Positions 60,842 through 64,000 of a DNA stretch of 64,000 nt are shown here, piece after piece. Position 1 is the first letter of the stretch. Each line of letters begins with the position of its first letter. The DNA is from Polyangiaceae bacterium (GTDB taxonomy: Bacteria > Myxococcota_A > Polyangia > Polyangiales > Polyangiaceae). Under the pieces are notes generated by a model. That model did no database searches. It was not told the DNA's origin and worked only from the letters and a program-made list of their open reading frames with translations. The DNA lies in assembly GCA_035063585.1 (NCBI GenBank), contig JAPSGB010000009.1, positions 71,975-135,974 on the forward strand, given 5' to 3'. The position numbers and the translations under genes are program-made.

Positions 60842-61522
60842 ATGGCCCCGCCGCTCTGCCTTGTTCAGTTTCTGCCCGACGAAGGATCCGCGGAGGTTGC
60901 CGCTCTTCAAGGACGATTTCCTCCCGAGACCATGGTTGCAGTCCATGCCCGGACGAAGGCGGAACTCATTGAACGCGTCGCGGCGTGGGCGGCGCTCGAC
61001 AACGCGCAGCGGCTGTACCTGGGCGCGCACGGTCATGGGCGAGAGGGTCAAGAGTTCGATGGTTTTGGCCCCTCCGGCGACTTTATGAGCTGGATGGAGC
61101 TGGCAGATTTCCTCGCCGCCCTCCCGCACCAACCAGATTCGCTCCACTTGGGGGCGTGTGGCTCCATGGCGGTCGCCGAGGCGTGGTCCGAAAACCGGGT
61201 CGCCGAGAGACTCCCCGAGATGAGCCTGATCACCTACGCGGCGAACACGATCACGCCGTTCATCCGGTGCGCGCTCGAGCGCTCCCTCGATGATAGCGGC
61301 TGGGACCCACTCGTGTTCCTCGATCAGGAACTGCCTCGGTTGCGGGAGGCGGCAGGGATTGCCGTTCACATGCACCACCCGAACCGCAACCGGAACACGA
61401 AGCGCACGGAGTTCATTGCCGTGGAGGCCTTCCCAGAAGTCGTGGGCGTCGACTTTCGTGCGGCGCTCATCGCGCAGGGTTCCCGGCCCCTCCGGCCGTT
61501 CAGGTACTCCCGCAACGAGTAG
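60842..61522 (+). CDS. Caspase/CHAT-fold putative cysteine peptidase
   Basis: LYLGAHG and LHLGACGS match the His-Gly / Cys dyad pattern of the caspase-hemoglobinase fold. Confidence 0.6.
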   Translation: MAPPLCLVQFLPDEGSAEVAALQGRFPPETMVAVHARTKAELIERVAAWAALDNAQRLYLGAHGHGREGQEFDGFGPSGDFMSWMELADFLAALPHQPDSLHLGACGSMAVAEAWSENRVAERLPEMSLITYAANTITPFIRCALERSLDDSGWDPLVFLDQELPRLREAAGIAVHMHHPNRNRNTKRTEFIAVEAFPEVVGVDFRAALIAQGSRPLRPFRYSRNE

Positions 61523-61568
61523 ATTTCTCGGCCGAGGCGTCTCCTCGCCCCATCTGCTCGTCGCGCGT

Positions 61569-61596
61569 GGTTCGTCCATCGCCCCTTGTACGCAGT
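61569..61596 (+). repeat. dif-like recombination site B (intergenic)
   Basis: GGTTCGTCCAT-CGCCCC-TTGTACGCAGT; inverted partner of site A. Confidence 0.65.
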
Positions 61597-61710
61597 ATCG
61601 CCTCCTGACGAGGTCCATCCACGGCCCCGTCGGAGGGCGAAGTGGAGAGCGCACAAGGATCGAGTGCCCCGGCACTGCGTTGCGGGCGCGGCGCCACCGA
61701 GACGCGTGGC

Positions 61711-63444
61711 ATGCATGCCGTGGGTCGAACCGCCGCCGCGACTCTCGCCCTGCTCGCCGTAGCGGCGGGCGGGTGCGGCGGCGCGGAAAGTGCGACGGGG
61801 ACGGGTACGACGGATGCAGGACGCGATCACGGCGCCGCGGGCAACCCCGGGAGCGGCGGAGTCGGCGGTGTTGGTGGCGCGTCGGGCACGGCCGGCGCAA
61901 GCGGCAGCGGTGGCACCGGCGGCGCGGGAGCCAGTGGCGGTGCCGCGGGCATCGGCCAGGGCGGTGGCGCTGGCGTGGTCGATGGCGGAGACGCGTCATC
62001 GGATGCCGATTCCGGTGGCGCAACCGACGCTGACGTCGAGAGTGGAAGCGACGCGGCGGATGCCGCGGGTGGTGCGGGTGGTGCTGCCGGGTCCGACGCG
62101 GGCGATGCGGGCGCGTGCGTTCCCGAGATCTGCAACGGCAAGGACGACAACTGCAACGGACAGATCGACGAAGGCAATCCCGGCGGCGGCGTCTCGTGCG
62201 ACACGGGCTTGAAGGGCATCTGCGCGGCGGGCACCACGAGCTGCTCGCAGGGTGTGCTGGGCTGCGTGCAGAAGTACGCGCCGACGACGGAGGTCTGTAA
62301 CGGCTTCGACGACAACTGCGACGGACAGGTCGACGAGAGCGATCCGATGCTCGGGACCTTGTGCAGCACGGGTCTATACGGCGTCTGCGCGACCGGCGCG
62401 TGGGCGTGCGTGGGCGGCAAGCTCGTCTGCGAGCCGGCGGTCACCCCCGGCTCCCAGCCCGAGAGCTGCGACGGCAAGGACGACGACTGCGACGGTGTCG
62501 TGGACGACGGGAACCCCGGCGGTGGGCAGCCGTGCTCGACGGGCCTCCAGGGCGAGTGCGGGACGGGTGCCACGCTGTGCTCGAACGGCGCGATCGTCTG
62601 CAACCAGACCGTCTTCGCGACCGCGGAGACATGCAACGGCAAGGACGACGACTGCAATGGCGTGGTCGACGATGGCCTCGGAACGATCTCCTGCGGCGTC
62701 GGCGCCTGCGCGGTCACCATCCAGGCGTGCGTCGGCGGCGCCACGCAGACATGCACGCCTGGCGCGCCGACGACCGAGATCTGCAACGGCAAGGACGACG
62801 ACTGCGACGGCGTGGTGGACAACGGGAACCCAGGGGGTGGCGCGAGTTGTTCGACGGGCAAGCCCGGCATCTGCGCGGCGGGAACCATGACCTGTACCGG
62901 CGGCGCGCTCGTCTGCGTCCAGAACAAGCAACCCGTCGCGGAGAGCTGCAACGGGCTCGACGACAACTGCAACGGCGTCATCGACGACACGAACGCCTGC
63001 GCATCGGGGAACGTGTGCAGCGCGGGCACGTGCATCACGATGCCGCCGTATTGCACCGGATACCGCTACGGAGGGCACGCATACGCCTTCTGCGGCACCG
63101 ACTCCGGCGGGACGTTGAACTGGGCCGCCGCGAGCGCGAGCTGCCAGACGTACGGTGGGCACCTCGCGACCGTCAGTTCGTATGGGGAGAATGCGTTCCT
63201 CGAGGGCCTCTCGACCTCGGCGTACAGGAACGCGTGGATCGGGCTGTACCGGTCCGCGTCGAACTGCGCGTGGCGCTGGGCGGACGCCGAGCCCGTAACC
63301 TTCACGGATTGGGGGAGCGGCCAGCCGGATGGCGCGTGCGGCACGGACGACTGCGCCCAGCTCTGGTCGTCAGTGAACTTCCATTGGGACGACAGCCCCT
63401 GGTGCACGTCGTCGAACAGGTACTTCTGCGAGTGGGACCAATGA
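61711..63444 (+). CDS. Cys-rich repeat lipoprotein with C-terminal C-type lectin domain
   Basis: Signal ending GGC, Gly-rich linker, six C(N/D)GxDDxCxG repeats; W..A...C...GGHLATV.S..EN, WIGL, W..GQPD, DC, WDD, FCE. Confidence 0.88.
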   Translation: MHAVGRTAAATLALLAVAAGGCGGAESATGTGTTDAGRDHGAAGNPGSGGVGGVGGASGTAGASGSGGTGGAGASGGAAGIGQGGGAGVVDGGDASSDADSGGATDADVESGSDAADAAGGAGGAAGSDAGDAGACVPEICNGKDDNCNGQIDEGNPGGGVSCDTGLKGICAAGTTSCSQGVLGCVQKYAPTTEVCNGFDDNCDGQVDESDPMLGTLCSTGLYGVCATGAWACVGGKLVCEPAVTPGSQPESCDGKDDDCDGVVDDGNPGGGQPCSTGLQGECGTGATLCSNGAIVCNQTVFATAETCNGKDDDCNGVVDDGLGTISCGVGACAVTIQACVGGATQTCTPGAPTTEICNGKDDDCDGVVDNGNPGGGASCSTGKPGICAAGTMTCTGGALVCVQNKQPVAESCNGLDDNCNGVIDDTNACASGNVCSAGTCITMPPYCTGYRYGGHAYAFCGTDSGGTLNWAAASASCQTYGGHLATVSSYGENAFLEGLSTSAYRNAWIGLYRSASNCAWRWADAEPVTFTDWGSGQPDGACGTDDCAQLWSSVNFHWDDSPWCTSSNRYFCEWDQ

Positions 63445-64000
63445 TGCGACAACGACGGAACGAGAGCGGGTGGACCCCGCGATTGGCCGCGGCTCTGGCG
63501 GCGACAACAATGCTTCTCGGCTGCGACGCGATGCTGAACTCCGCCGTCGGCGCGGCGTTTCCCGGTGTCGCCGCGCACGTGCAAGCGCAACAGCAAGCCG
63601 CCTGGAAGCGCGTGATGGCCCGCTACCGCGAGGACGACGGGCACGACGACGTGGGCGACGCCTCGCGGTTCCTCGAGGAGATGCGCGCGCGCCCCCGCCC
63701 GATGAAGTTCTGCTTCCGGTTCTTTCCCCCGGGTGCAGGCAACTCGGAGCAGAAGATGGTCGAGCGTGCGCGCACGACACACCCCGAGGCGTTCGTCGGG
63801 ATGGGCTACGCCCGCCCCGCCTCGCAGGGGGACTTCCTCGCGATGCCGACCGAATTGGAGGCAGTGGCGGCGCATGCACGTATCCGTTCGACCAACCGCG
63901 TTCCTGACGTGACGGCTACTCCGGCGTACCTGTCCAGGGATGAAGCGAGGCAGCCGCGAGACGTGGTCCGCCCTGGTCAAGGAGTGGAAGCGCAGCGGGT
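63441..64000 (+). CDS. Putative lipoprotein, runs off right edge
   Basis: ATGA overlap with the lectin gene stop; manual translation MMRQRRNESGWTPRLAAALAATTMLLGC...; frame open to window end. Confidence 0.55.
   Translation, partial: MMRQRRNESGWTPRLAAALAATTMLLGCDAMLNSAVGAAFPGVAAHVQAQQQAAWKRVMARYREDDGHDDVGDASRFLEEMRARPRPMKFCFRFFPPGAGNSEQKMVERARTTHPEAFVGMGYARPASQGDFLAMPTELEAVAAHARIRSTNRVPDVTATPAYLSRDEARQPRDVVRPGQGVEAQR

Larger units (their letters stand above)
48346..64000. mobile_element. tRNA-Thr-integrated genomic (defence) island, right end outside window
   Basis: att fragment plus phased repeats; switch from housekeeping to defence/TA/recombinase genes; visibly more A/T-rich in much of this part. 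Confidence 0.8.

Overview
High-GC window whose gene content (Cys-rich repeat lipoproteins, Ser/Thr kinase, two sigma54 activators) suggests a myxobacterium, probably Polyangiales (inference). Bases 1 to ~48,345 are ordinary chromosome: AlaX-like editing protein, greB, gpsA-like dehydrogenase/FGGY kinase, namZ, an ABC exporter, beta-carbonic anhydrase, argG, a CzcCBA-type RND system with a sigma54 promoter and two-component pair, recQ, ppx, arfB, mepA-like, and a cobalamin riboswitch ahead of a lipoprotein and TonB-dependent receptor. At 48,346-48,390 an isolated 3' half of tRNA-Thr(CGT) with flanking phased repeats marks the left end of an integrated island that runs off the right edge. The island carries defence-type cargo: a PD-(D/E)XK nuclease, DUF3892, a HEPN protein, a 5'-truncated Ppl/TrlF-type ATPase abutting a 5'-truncated HsdR, an M48 peptidase, an XRE/J-domain/GIY-YIG operon, a XerC-like recombinase, hicBA, a caspase-fold protein and a Cys-rich C-type-lectin lipoprotein. 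Two observations stand out. (1) A ~80-nt candidate small RNA with its own promoter, UUCG hairpins and terminator is transcribed divergently from inside the 5' end of the HEPN gene, a candidate RNA-antitoxin/HEPN system. (2) Two inverted dif-like 11-6-11 sites, one inside the recombinase gene's own 3' end, bracket a ~2.75-kb candidate invertible cassette. All family calls come from motif recognition by eye; no database searches were run.
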